From positions 248,001-312,000 of the forward strand of contig JAQGDQ010000087.1 in NCBI GenBank assembly GCA_030141605.1: a stretch of DNA of 64,000 nucleotides. Reading direction: 5' to 3'. A model generated the notes under the pieces. The model was not told where the DNA came from and searched no databases. It was given only the letters and a program-made list of their open reading frames with translations. The DNA is from Tubiluchus corallicola. Taxonomy: Eukaryota > Animalia > Priapulida. Position numbers and translations under genes: made by a program. Of this stretch, positions 25,801 to 39,119 are shown piece by piece; the first letter of the stretch is position 1; the number at the start of each line of letters is the position of its first letter.

Positions 25801-28800
25801 TTCCGTTTTAGGAAAGCTTATAAAATACCTTTGATCTTTATCTTCAGATGTTGAAATTATGACAGTATAATTTTGCTTAACATCTAATGAGTGTAAAATG
25901 TTTTATTGCAGAATTTTTTACAAGCTAAACTTTTCTCCATTGTTAAACTAGATAGTTTAAGTTAAAAAGTGTGCTTGAAGTAAATTTTAGAAATTTAAGC
26001 CTTAAACTCAAAGCTTATCTCATAGTAACACAAATGATTTTATTAATTGAAGTTAACTTTTTTATAATTCAGGGCTTGCAAAGCACAGTCTTTATTCTCA
26101 TAATGGAAACATTTCCTATTAAATACCGGACGTATGTAGGAGTCATTATAGAATGTTTCTGGGCACTTGGCAACATGTGGTTAGCCTTGTTGGCATTTAT
26201 GTTCAGAGATTGGCGAAAGATTCAACTGGCAATTAGTCTGCCTCACCTGCTAACTATCTTCTACTGTTGGTTAGTTATCAGTATATTTAAACTGTAATTT
26301 TACATATTTTGTAAAATTTATATAATCATTGCAGTAGGTTTTTGTGCATTTGGCTCAGTTAGCTTGTCCTTGAGGTACACAGTCATCCATAATTATATTA
26401 TTGATTTTTATCTATGTTTCTTCCAGTTCATCAATGATCGTTTATCTTTAGTCAGCTCACAGTAATTGTTCTTTTCCTGACTTACACTAGCAACGTTGTT
26501 CTCTGTTTCAGCAAATTCTTGCATCCTCGTAAAAACTGCACTTTTTAAATTCTTCTGCAAGTTATTCCACTCGAATTGGATCACATGTATTATAAGGCAT
26601 TAATAACATACCATTAATATTGTATTGCATTTTACTGTGTCCTATTATACTACATCGTATTTTGTGCATTACATTATTTTGTATTGCACTTAAAACTAGA
26701 CAATTAATGCTAAACAAATCCAAGTAAGAAGACTACATTGGATTGGGCATGCACTAAGACTGTCCCAAGAATCTCCTCTTCCTATAACATTATTTAAAGC
26801 TTTTGAGACGACAAAGAAGCCGAGAGGGGGTCAGTTATACATACATATATATTGCAAAAAGATTTAGAAAATACAACTGTAGATTTAAGGGATGATGCAT
26901 TGTGGGTGGCGGCAGTAGATTGGAGTGCCTGGGATCAAACGTAGAGCGTGGCGTGTTTTAAAAAGTAAAGGCACTAAATGACGCCAGTGACAACATTGAA
27001 TAGTAAACATACCATAATTGTGTTTTGTAGAGTTAAGTAAAGAATTGAGTAATTACTTTACAATGCAAAATAGCCTGGCTAATGTATTTTTTCGGACATT
27101 TTTTCTTCTAGGCTTATTCCTGAATCACTGAGATGGCTTATAGTAAATAAAAAGTTGGAAAAAGCAAAGCAGTTATTAAAACGAGGTGCAAAGTTCAATA
27201 AGTCAAAGTTACCCGATGATATTCTGGATTGTGTTGAAGGTATGTTTGTTATTTAGTAGTATTTTTGGCTTTTAGGATTATTTTTTTACTTTTTTAAAAG
27301 TTAGCCATAGCTAACTAGTAACTATGCGAAATTAACTTTGTTCATTTTCTTTATTCATAATAATTTTATCTGGTAATAAGATTTATCAGTTTTATGATGT
27401 AGTAATTTTAATTTAATAATAGCAAGGCCTGCTTTAAAGGACCAATTACTTACTTTATTTCATTTATTATTGTTTGGTTAAATGTTAGTTTATAGGCTTC
27501 GTGAGCCAAATCTATTTTTCGCAACCCTTTTAGTTCTCAGTTTTTGCTTTTGACTAGTACCAATCATCCATTTGTTCAAACGTTTCACCTGATATCTCTA
27601 CATAAGAGTCCATGTAAGTTAAATCTAAAACGTATGTAATAATAGTGAGAGAAATGTCATTTGTGAAAGGGCTATCCTCTTTAGTTGCCAGTTAGTTCAT
27701 TCAGTTTCAATAATGGATTCTTTTTTTAACACTGTATGTTCATTTTTGTGCTAGTAAGAAGTTTTGTTCCATTTTATTTGTTTCATGTAACAGCTGTAGC
27801 AAAAGAAACAGAAGAAAGACAAGCAGGTTGGAAACGCCATACTTTGCTTGATATGTTCAGAACTACGAAAATTAGAATTCGCAGCTTCAGCATGTTTTAT
27901 ATTTGGTAAGTCTGAATAATTTAACAGTTGCACAGCAGGCAAATGTTGATTACTAATGTGTAGTGCTTGTAAATAATTTAACTATGATCATTCAGGCATA
28001 GCACTTAATTATAAAACTAAACTTTGCAATGATCACATATTGGACAGGTACAGTAACAAGATTTTTTTGTCATTCTAAAATGTGGACATTTCCAATGATG
28101 TTCATGCTTTAACCTGTATGTCTGAAGCATATAGCCTAGTGTCTCATGCTTTAAACTGAATATCTAAAGCATATAATCGAGTATCTGTATGCGATGTATA
28201 ATAGTTATGTAGTTTAGAGTCTAGAGATGTCAAAAGTTCCTAAAGTTAATGATAGTATCTGCACTAGTTTATGTTTAGTCAGTTTTCTAAAATGCTTATT
28301 GAGTTTACCTGCACCCTCCTTCAGTCACTTTTCTACACTAAGTCTGTCTATGCCAATAATGTTCTTTAAGATTGCTGCATTTCTTTATCCATAGAGTGCA
28401 GCATTTGCTAATGTCACTGAAGCCCATAGTCATATTCTGTGTTCTTTAATTGCAGCACACAATTTTCTCAGTTTGCGCACAATGATTCTATAATCCAAAA
28501 AGAATCTTGGGTGCCAGATAATATTGCCATACTCCAAATCTGATCCTATTAAGTTCGTGAAGCACTGATATATCATGTTAGCTTAAGAACAGGAAAAGTC
28601 TTCTTAATTATGCCCAATCTTTGAATAACTTCCTTGACTTGTAGCCTTTCCCATTATGTAGTAGTTTTGATGTGGATTGTGATTACCAATGTGCATTGTC
28701 CTAAGTGTAAATTTGTTAAAAGCTATTTGCTATTTAACTGACAAATTCCATTGTTCATCAATATCCACCCAAAAATACAGCTTAGACGTTCTTTCTGCCA

Positions 28801-31800
28801 GATTTGCGTTATTGTACAATTTTCCTATTATCTGGCAAAATATAAATAGTTCTGTCCACTGTGGCTGGCAATTTGTTTATATGTATTGTGCCAAAAATTG
28901 GCTTTAATATAGAACTTTAAATTAACCCATCGTAAGTAATTGCTTTCAAGACAACTCTTTTGACTGCTTATGTAGAAAGTTTTCAATCCATATGAAATAT
29001 TATTTGGCATAACATGTATTTTTAAGTGCAGCATGGAGCTGAATGTTTTAAGATCCAAGTAAAATGCATCAGTTCAGAAGTTTTCGTCCAGTAAAATGGC
29101 TAACTAAATGGTTACTTTTAGAAGCTGTATCATTATCGAATGGCGTGGAAATTGCTTACTGGTCTCTGAATAAAGATGTTTGCCATATGTTTTATTATAC
29201 TATATTATACTAAACTTGCATTTGACTTTATTCTTAATTTAAATGTGTCAAACTTAGGTAAAATACTGTAAAAGTTGTTGCAATATTGAATTTTTGAATT
29301 CTTTTATATGTCATTTACTTGCTTTGCAGGTTTGCTACTTCGTTGGTGTACTATGGTTTAGTGCTTGATACTGCCAAACTCTCTGGAGACAAATACTTAA
29401 ACTACTTCATACTAGCATGCGTGGAAATGGCATCTTATATAATTTCTCTGTTTATTATACTGAGGTAGGTTTTTAAAACAAAAATAGGATCTAATATAAG
29501 ATTACAGTTACTACAGCATTGTAGTTACTATGGCAATTGACTCAGATAACTCCACATAATTGATTCTATATTTTTATACTTAGAGATATACATGTGGTTA
29601 CACTGATATAATGATTTAAATAAAATGATGGCCGGCCAGCTAGCAGTCAGCTCGTAAAGCAACGAACTATGTCCGTAGTATGCGGGACTTTTAACGGTCC
29701 AGTCCATATTTTGTCCGATTCTTCCGATATCCGCAAAAGCGAAGTCCGGAAAACTAGAATATGAGTGTAATGCGCTTAGCTACTCTTGCAAATTTGCATA
29801 TAAAATTAATGGCATATGCTTTTGACATTAGAATCACTAATTAAATTTAACTGACGAAGGAAAATATCTTGTGAATTCCTTTAGAATTGCTGTTCACCAC
29901 ATGCATTTCACTTTTTTCAAACAAACAAAATTTTAATCTCGCTTAATTTACGGTTAATTCTTCATTCTAGGTTTGGTCGTGTGAGACCTCTTCAAACTTA
30001 TTTCTTTGTTGCCGGTGTTAGTTGCATACTGTCAGTCACGTTTCCAAAATCTATAGGTAAAGTGTATGTAATGTCACTCAAATAAACTTAAGAGTCATTC
30101 CGTGAGAAAATCAGCAAAATAGTGGAAGGTGACAAATCACCGATTTTGTTCATATTCACAGGGTTTGATGGTCCCCTCAGATGTACCCCACAGCCAAAAT
30201 ATTAGATTTCAGAAATGAGCCGTTTCTGAGAAAAGCCGCCATTTTGATTTTTTTCGGATTTTGGCCATTTTGGCGTAAAAAATTGCCCATTATTTCTCAC
30301 GTTATTACAGACAGTAAATGAGCGATCCAGCACTAGTTAATTGGTGATATATATAGTAGGGGTCTTACCCTACCGTACCATTATCGTTGCCAAATTGAAC
30401 CTCCTTTTCAGTTGGTGTCATCAGATTGCAAAAGATACGTGTCTGCTGCTGCTGAATTTAGAAGCCATTTTGAAATCCCCGTAACTCCACTGGGGCGGGT
30501 ATTGGGGGACTAATCAATATATTTTTATTTGCAGCTTGACTAGTCCTACAAATGCATGAAATAAAATTTTGGCCAGCGATCTCCCAAGTGTCCAGAATTT
30601 TTAGCCAAAGTTGCTCTTTTTTGCCATTTTCACAACCTTGACCTATATTTAGCTATTCGCCTTTGGATGACGGTGTTGCCATTAGAATCGATACAAAGTG
30701 CAGCAACGTCAATGTTTATAGTAATAATGGACTGGCTTTAGATGTCTGGGCACTCCTAGCAACCAGGCCCCTCATCAGGGGGCCCCTGTGACGATTATAA
30801 CATAGTGATTTTTATAATCTGTATAAAACACGGAATAGTTTCATGTACATAATAACAGTTTCGTGTACAAGTGCTCGGGCTATATACCTATGGCCCGTGG
30901 ATCAATACGGGGGCCTCGGGAGGGCCCCATTGTCTTGACTGAAAAATAGACTTCAGTCAAAAAGGTTTAGTGTCGCTTTGCTAAACAAGATTCAAAGTAA
31001 GGCGGACAAGGCGAGGCAAGGCACTATTTGTGAAATTGTGTTGAAACCGCCGCGAGCATCGAATATAACATGTTGCGAACCAATTTTTAAAACGCGCACA
31101 GCTTTGTGTGGTCTTGTATTCAACAGGCGAATAGTTGTCAGTCCCTGATATTTTTCCTCAAATCAATTCGAGTTAATAGTTAGTTAGTTACTAATACCCT
31201 GGTGTGGCAACTTTGGCAGCTTCGACAACCAGACTTCTGCTTACTAACAACGGGCATTAACAAAAAAACTGGTTAAGAAACGCAGCAAAGGCCAGTACGA
31301 CCCTGCCTCGGCCGTTACATACTAATTCCGACTCTGTGCAACGTATGTTGCAAGCCATTCGCTCATATTGTATTTAACCGCCAGGTTTCCACCGTCTCGT
31401 AAAGATATACGCATATACACCGACTACCATATTCAACTAAACTCTAACGAGAATCAGGGCGCTGACGCTTATAATCGCAAATTTTCAAAATAACAAAAAG
31501 ACAACAACAAATTCTTTACGTCCACGACTATTTTTTATTCGCCAATATTCAATGAAAAGTCGCACTACAGTAAATAATAATAAGCTAATAATTGATAATA
31601 CATACAGTAAGCTGCTACTATGTGTTGCTATGGTAACCTTATCAAAAGAGACACAGAGAGACAGAGAGAGACACAGAGAGACGGAGAGAGACACAGAGAG
31701 ACAGAGAGAGACAGAGAGAGACACAGAGAGACAGAGAGAGACATAGAGAGCGAGACACAGAGAGAGACAGAAAGAGACAGAGAGAGACAGAAAGAGACAC

Positions 31801-32036
31801 AGAGAGACACAGAGAGACAGAGGGAGAGACAGAGAGAGACACAGAGAGACAGAGAGAGACACAGATAGAGACACAGAGAGACAGAGAGAGACACAGACAG
31901 AGAGAGAGAGAGAGAGACACAGAGAGACAGAGAGAGACACAGACAGAGAGGCAGAGAGAGACACAGACACAGAGAGACACAGAGAGACAGAGAGAGACAC
32001 AGAGAGACACAGAGAGACACAGAGAGACACAGAGAG

Positions 32037-32077
<41 letters not shown>

Positions 32078-35000
32078 CAGAGAGACAGAGAGAGACACAG
32101 AGAGACAGAGAGAGAGAGACACACAGAGAGACAGAGAGAGAGAGACAGAGAGAGAGACACAGAGAGACAGAGAGAGACACAGAGACAGAGAGAGACACAG
32201 ATAGAGACACAGAGAGACAGAGAGAGACACAGATAGAGACACAGAGAGACAGAGACAGAGAGGCAGAGAGAGACACAGAGAGACAGAGAGAGACACAGAG
32301 AGACAGAGAGCGACACAGAGAGACAGAGACACAGAGAGACATAGAGAGACAGAGAGAGACAAAGAGAGAGACATAGAGAGACACAGAGAGACGGTAAGAG
32401 AGACAGAGAGACAGAAACGGTAATTTATCGTTTCTTTTTGAAATTTTCATTTTTTTTATTCAGAATTATGAATAATTCGTACTGATTTTTTTCCGATTTC
32501 GGTCACATTCAAGATCGAATCTCGTCAATTTATGGACGAGCTGGCCAAAATTTTATTAATGATCTAAGTATGCCTGGTCAAGCTGTAAATAAACATATAT
32601 TAATTATACTTCAAATACCCGCCCCAGTGGAGCTATGAGAATTTTAAAACAGGTTGTCATTCAGACTGTAGCAGACACGCATCTTTCATGAGCTCATGAT
32701 ACCTACTGAAAGAGAATCTCAATTCATCAAACTCAATGTGGCAGTAGGGCAAGACCCCTACTATATATATCACCCAGCAACTAGTCCTGGATCATTCATT
32801 TACTGCCTGTAATGATGTGACAAATATAGGTCATTTTTTTACGTCAAAATGGCCAAAATCCGAAAAAAAAATCAAAATGGCGGCGTATCTCCGAAACGGC
32901 TCATTTTTGATATCTAATATTTTGGCTGTGGAGTACATCTGAGGGGATCATCCAACCCTGTGAATATGAACAAAATCGGTGATTTGTCACCTTCCACTAT
33001 TTTTTGACTTTTGCATGGTTTTCTCGCGGAATGACTCTTAAAATGTATTAACTGATTATTACCAATAAAATATTTTCTTCCGAACATTTTATAAAGCGTT
33101 AGTGACTAAATTGCAAATTATTTTTACCGTAGAATTTTAATAACCAAGTTCAAAAATGGGGCGACATGGTGATGTGAAAAAAAAACAGCTTTATATTAAT
33201 ATGCAGCAGTTTTGGTATTCTAAAGCATCTTGGATGTGTAATACACTACCAATAATATCTGAAGGAAATTGGTTCATTATTTCATTAATAATTTTTAGGT
33301 AACATCGATACAACACTTGTACGCGCATTTTTTGCATACCTCGGGAGAAGTGGAGTCTCTTGCTGCTGGACAGTCAATTTTATGTACACAGCTGAAATAT
33401 TCCCAACTGTGATACGAACGGCAGCTCTTGGGGCTTGTGCTTTTTGGGCTCGGCTGGGTGGTGTGTTGGCACCACAGTTTGCACTTTTGGTATGTCATTC
33501 AAAAATGCCTGTCTGAAAGCATTTGTTCTCTGTTACATACTTTAAAATGCTGAATGGTAAGGGTGATTATCGAATGTGTGAGTTTGAATGAGTTTTTTAG
33601 TTCGAATTCGATTCAGACCTAAAATTATAGATTCAAATAATTCAGCACTTCAGCCACATACATTCTTTATTATTAAAATGTTTGAAACACCATCCAATCA
33701 ACACAATTTAGTTGCGATTTCTGTGTACAATTTTTAAACAAATTATTACTGTTTTTACTGCAGAACAAAGCCAAGTAATGTGCAATCTTTGTGAGACCAT
33801 GCAATCACAGACTTATTTGTGATTCCGAAATTTATTCTAAAATATTTAAAATGATTTCAAATTTGTTCGATTTCGAAATTTAGTTTTCTCTACCAGAAAG
33901 CGAATTCGATTCAATTAATTAGCCATCAGAGTAATTGTAGTATGATGTCTTTCATAATATGTGCACATGCATATTTGTGCCTGTGTCCATGTACTTGCCT
34001 CAAAGACACGATCAGGTTTGCACATTTGTGTTGCTGGTCTCACTACAGTTTTGCTGCTTAGTATTTGCTAGACTTATTGTACATAACTTTAACGTCTACT
34101 GATAATGTACGCTGTACATTTGCTACTCACGTTTACCGAATTTGCCTCTTTGTAATTGTAATCATGTAATGTATTGTATAATCTGAAATTAAACAAAACA
34201 ACACAGTTATAATTATCTTTAAATTAGATACGCTTATTTTTATGATCAAATTAACACGAATGAGGTATTTTTGCTTTACCTTCATAGCAAGCAAAACATG
34301 TGGTTAAAGTGCATGGAAAATAATACACTGTATCTTTCATTCCTCATTGCAAAGCAGTCTCAAATTATTGATTCCAGGATGCTTAGCAACAAAAATTTGT
34401 CTATCCTTACTTTTAACAGATGCTTACTTGTGTCAAAGCATGTAAAATGTTGTATAACAATAAAAATGGCCATTGACTGTAGACGTGATGACTGCAGCAG
34501 CGATTCGCAGAAGAACTGGTTTTTATTACTATGTAAAATAACAGTGTTTATGGAGATCTGTAAAGATTACTCAGAACTGGTGATTTCGATTTTCGAGGCA
34601 TGTTATATAATTGTTGATTAGAAACAAAAAGGCATATTTTGCAGAAACAAAAGCAGGATTAAGTAAATGTCAGAAAGTTTAGCAAAGTTGCACAAAAATT
34701 TTAATTTTCTTATTACATAGTAACACTTTTGTCTTCAATCATTAACTAAGTATGCTATTTAACCCAATACTGGCATACACGATAGAAAGTTTGACATCCA
34801 GTTTCACCATTACAATTATGCTTATTTATTTTAAATTTAAAATACTGGCTTTTAGTTTTGCACAGGGATGAATTCTGAAATTTAATTTTTGCTTTTGAAT
34901 CTCTGTAAAAAATGTTAATCGGTTTTTCAGGATAGCGGCACAGGAGTCGAGGGATCTACCTCAATAGCATTTGGCTGTGTGGCATTAGTTGCTTCTTTTG

Positions 35001-35798
35001 TGGGATTAGTCCTTCCCGAAACTCATCGGAAACGACTTCCTGATACAGTTGAACAGGCAGAAATGTATGTAACTTGACTAAATGACACCTTATCGTTTTG
35101 TGTGGACATTTTTAAGTGCAGATTTTTTATCTATTGTGCAACCCTATTTATGTAAATCATATGTCTGTAACCTCTACAGGACTACTAAATACAGCCTAAC
35201 ATCATTATGGCGGACATACCCATGCGTAAATACCCATATTGCAAACTCACAAAAAATGCATTTTCATGGACATATACATGCAATTTAATATAATTTTAGT
35301 AATAGTCATTAAGTTTTAATTTATTGAAGTCACGTAAACTACTTTCCGAGTAATTTAAATCTGTTGCAAAGTTCTTGTTATTTGCTAATAACTTCTAAAA
35401 GTACTTTACATCCTCTATGAAACCACACATTGTACATTATTTATATACTTTTATTACAAATAAATGCTTATTCATCTAATAGCCATATGCACACTAAATT
35501 AACAGCATATGCTTATAGAGTACCTCAGTTTTAGAGTACTTTTTTCTGGGTGCCTAACAAGTTTGCTATAATGATGTTACACTGCAGTTAGACTGCAGAC
35601 AGCTTCTAAAGCAACGTTGTTATAAATTGTCTGAAAAGTTCTGCAAACATTTGCTGTTTCTGAGTCACTGTTTAAAAGAAACATTTTGCATTTCGTAGGC
35701 TTGGTAGAAAAGAATACGACGAAGTTTATGGTAGCACGCAGGCAGAAATGCAACACTTGGAATCCACTCCAAATAAGCGTAATTCAGCACAAACATAA
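22892..35798 (+). CDS. SLC22-family organic cation/anion transporter (MFS, Orct-like), 11 exons, about 554 aa
   Basis: Exons 22892-23038, 24285-24482, 25168-25404, 26073-26269, 27112-27239, 27794-27905, 29330-29464, 29971-30056, 33299-33489, 34931-35064, 35699-35798; 1665 nt, GT-AG and phase-consistent. Motifs: MNLDELL..GMGKYQ, extracellular loop CPDGWTYD and TISSEWDLVC, GTLADMFGRKP, ETFPIKYR, IPESLRWL, LVYYGL, YTAEIFPTVIR, ARLGGVLAP, LPETHRKRLPDT. Confidence 0.95.
24698..24788. mobile_element. Very short hAT-like MITE
   Basis: CAGGGCTGCGGAGT ... ACTCCACAGCCCTG TIRs; 8-bp flanks ATAAGAAC / ATAACAGC (6/8). Confidence 0.6.
26695..26960 (+). mobile_element. Decayed RTE-clade LINE 3' fragment
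   Basis: Translates to IQVRRLHWIGHALRLSQESP, then KKPRGGQ after a frameshift, matching the RRLRWxGH..R / RPRGRP motifs of RTE ORF C-termini. Confidence 0.65.
28260..29140 (-). mobile_element. Highly decayed CR1/L2-like LINE reverse-transcriptase fragment
   Basis: Minus-strand remnants in the expected order: DAFYLDL (cf. DAIYLDF), WIENFL, YINKLP (cf. YINDLP), GIIKKTF, LEYGNIIWHP; many stops and frameshifts; boundaries approximate. Confidence 0.6.
29601..29767. mobile_element. Internally deleted Tc1/mariner-like MITE, same family as 35952-36406
   Basis: TA|CACTGATAT...ATATGAGTG|TA; 29628-29767 aligns directly with 36271-36406. Confidence 0.7.
30092..33037. mobile_element. Non-autonomous Sola3-like DNA transposon (about 2.95 kb) in SLC22 intron 8
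   Basis: TTAA|GAGTCATTCC...GGAATGACTC|TTAA; TIRs of about 490 bp (30092-~30577 vs ~32540-33037). GAG/CTC termini, TTAA TSD and long TIRs are the described Sola3 hallmarks. No transposase ORF seen. Confidence 0.8.
31646..32415. repeat. Compound (AG/AC)n low-complexity satellite inside the Sola3-like element
   Basis: About 770 bp of GAGACACAGAGAGACAGAGA-type units with pure (AG)n runs and almost no T on the + strand. Confidence 0.97.
33558..33912. mobile_element. TTCGAA-rich MITE-like repeat, mostly inverted relative to 21127-21445
   Basis: 33600-33800 is the reverse complement of about 21240-21435; both copies also carry TTCTCTACCAGAAAGCGAATTCGA. Confidence 0.65.
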
Positions 35799-35951
35799 GA
35801 AGCCTGCTAGCTGAGTAGCAATATCTTTTGAAGTTCCTGGAGCTACATTTGCAGAAACTGCAGTGTTCAGGATTGTCATTTACTTTTTGGGGGCATATTT
35901 CTTTTTCACTACGAGCACATAATACATGCACTCATACATACTTTACATATA

Positions 35952-36406
35952 CACTCATGTATCGCCTTACCACACAAAAGCGGGGAGGTGTCGGTCCGAA
36001 TTGCCGATTGTCTGTATTTAACGATATTAAGCTAATACAGTAGGCACCTTAGTAGGCTAATACAATACATCTGTAGTGTTAGATTCATGGTAATGTAGAA
36101 TCAATCGCTTAATTGTCTCAGAAACGTGTATTTCGTGCCGCTGCTATGCAAAAAATATATAAAAGCTATCAGCAATTGACTCGCGTAACTCCGCTTAATT
36201 GAGCTTTTACTACTTTTATGTCATTTTACACTCTGCTTGGTTATGCTGATGTAATGATGTAAACATAGATATGGCCCACCAACTAGCAGTCAGCTCGCGA
36301 AACAACAGACTGTGTCCATAGTATGCAGGCCTTTTTAGCGGACCAGATTTTGTCCGAATCTTCCGATATCCGTAAAAGTGAGATCCGACAAACCTAAATA
36401 TGAGTG
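35952..36406. mobile_element. Tc1/mariner-like MITE just downstream of the SLC22 stop codon (probable 3' UTR)
   Basis: TA|CACTCAT...ATGAGTG|TA termini; second copy at 29601-29767. Confidence 0.7.
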
Positions 36407-39119
36407 TATATTCGACTGTGGTAGTGAGTGAAGACGGGTGAATTATTTGACTGACAAGAACACTTTATTGCTTCTTTCATTTATTTGGAAGAGTTGTCTA
36501 AGTTTGTGCAGCCATTGGAAAACTAAAATATGTGTACATTTGCACTATAAGTAAGGCACTTTACAGGCATTAAATCATATCATCAAGTAAATGAACTATG
36601 AACATGAACATATAGCATGAATACGAACTTTGCAGGCATTAAATCATCAAGTAAATGAACTGTGAACAGTAAATGAACACATAAATACATATGCGCACCT
36701 GTCGGTTTCGTCTTTGAGCTCTGGGACCAAGTATGAAACTAAGAGGAGGAAAACTATAAACACACTGTTATAGTGTTGCAACTTCCTAAAGAACTAACTT
36801 GACATACAGAACTGCTCTCGTGATTTGCATATACGTATACATAAATACATATTTTCGCACATATAATCTAACATATAAATACATATGTTATAAATACATA
36901 AATACACTTATTGAACCTAAATTCGCAGTAATGCATGTACAGTTATGGATGTCCGGTAAGCGCCGCTTAATTCATGCGCTGCGGAGCTTATTTTAATTAT
37001 CTCCAATGTTTAAACATGCTTTACTATATTGTAATGCTTTTACAATGTACACCATTGTGCCATTGTTCCAGTTTGTGCACTTTGTTGTGTGCAGTGTCTG
37101 CAGTTTTGTGGTGTTTGCTGTGTTCAAGTCTAGTCTTGGCATCGGCAGTCACATCTGTGATTTTTAGGCAATTTTGTATTTTTTTCTGAGAGTTAATAGT
37201 TACTTGTTTTAGTTTACAAAGTTAGTGATTGCTAGAAGTAGGAATTTTTGTCATTATTAGATTTAGTTATTTTTATATGTGTTGTGATCATCACATGTTA
37301 TTCTAATTGTTTGCTGAATCTCTCTGCCAAGTAATCCTACCCGGTTTGCATTTTTTTTGTAAATTTAAGGTATAAAATGGGTGAGAGTGACTTCCTGATG
37401 TTATGTATTGTTCAAATCACTAACATTGTCAAAGCTGTTAACTTATAACTAAGGTTTTTTTGTGCTTTTTAGCACACATAATTGAAATGAGAACAGTGAT
37501 AGAATAGTGAGAATTTGTATTAAAATTTTATCATACTTTTACCTTTACCATGTCAGGATTGTCGTCTTTGCCACAGCCCACATCTTCATTGTTGTATTAG
37601 CACCGTAATAGGTTAACATCCTGTATAACTTGATTCAGCCTCGCATTTAATTCCACTTTTGTTTGTAAAAAACACTAATCGGTAGGATAAATTCGTATTG
37701 CAGGCAGAAATGCAATGTGACTAAGTTTTCAGCTTTGTACTTGTAACACTAAAAGTACTCGGAAGCATCCAGAAATACGGGTATTTAAATGTGCTCAATA
37801 TTTTATGCACACGTGCAGTACTTGCTTCCATAATAGTAGATAATGTATTTTGTTATTTAACAACAATTATGATCTCATTATGTTGTAGGCAATGACATTT
37901 TTGATAAACTAATGCTTTTCTGAGACCTCTTACCGCTGTGTGAATAGTCCAATAATATCTAATTTCGCCAGTTTATAGTGGACCATTTATGACGTGTATT
38001 CATTATTTAAAAAATTGATGATCGCCAAAGAAGCTTAGCAAGTCCAAAGTGTGAAATGAGGCTTTGAACTGCAATGCAACTTGCAGGTTTATTTGTTTAA
38101 GAGCCTATATGCAGGGCTTTTCTAATGCAAGGCATCAATCTGTCTTTTCTAGTAGATATAGCTATACATTGCGTCTTACATTTTATATTCATTACAGATC
38201 TTATTACCCGTAAGCATATTATTATTCCGATTGTACGTGCTTATTTTGAATTATGTGTACTTGAATGTTTTCCAGCATCTCAAAATTATTTTTAAAAAAT
38301 ATTTTTCCCAGTTATGTTTTCTGTTGATAGCTTTGTGTTTTGCTGTTGATTTCCATGTACAATAGTTTGTTTTTGTGACAATAAACTATAGACCATGTCC
38401 ATGTATTTTACTAGTCGACTGTTTTGAGACTAAATCTGCAGAGAAGCTTGTATTAAAATTAACATTGTAGCTGTGTTTTGGCCTGATTATTAACCAAAAT
38501 ATTGTGGATACGTATTTTGTCACTGCTGCATTGATGATTTGACTGAGTAAAAAAAACTTCGCTGTCACGTGTCACAGTTGAAGCCATGGTTACATTATAC
38601 AAGTTCATACAATAAATGAGATGGTAATTTGAATTTTAAAAATAAGAGTATTATTGTTTTGTAGTGAAAAATTCGTATTAACATCTTTGTTTCGATTGTA
38701 ATCAGTATATAGTCTGCACTAAATAAATGAAATAGTGGTTGCCACCGTAAATGACCACTAAACTGAGTCATTTCATAAAGCGGTTAGAAATAATTAAGGT
38801 AATAATTCATACAGCATTATAGCTGGGGTTGCCAAGTGACTTGCTTTTTTCTTGCCCTGCCTTTGTTTTCAGTCAATTTTTCTGCTGCTTTCTATTTTTT
38901 ATTGTTAATTTTGATATTCTCAGTAGATAAATAAAATTCTTTTAGATAATGGTGAAAACATAACAATACAGTGCAGGAGACTCCAAAACAAATGACTTGA
39001 TGCAACAGTTATTTTTGTGAGTGGTGACCGCTGACCAGTTTTTATTAGGCCTATTATGTTCTTTACCGTATTTAGTGGTCACTGATCATTAATTTTGCTC
39101 GCATATTAATTTTGTTAGT

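Noticed and set aside
31485-32450. Long ORFs of 224-321 aa (SLSVSLC / RETERD repeats)
   Set aside because: Translations of the GA/AC satellite, open only because it lacks stop codons.
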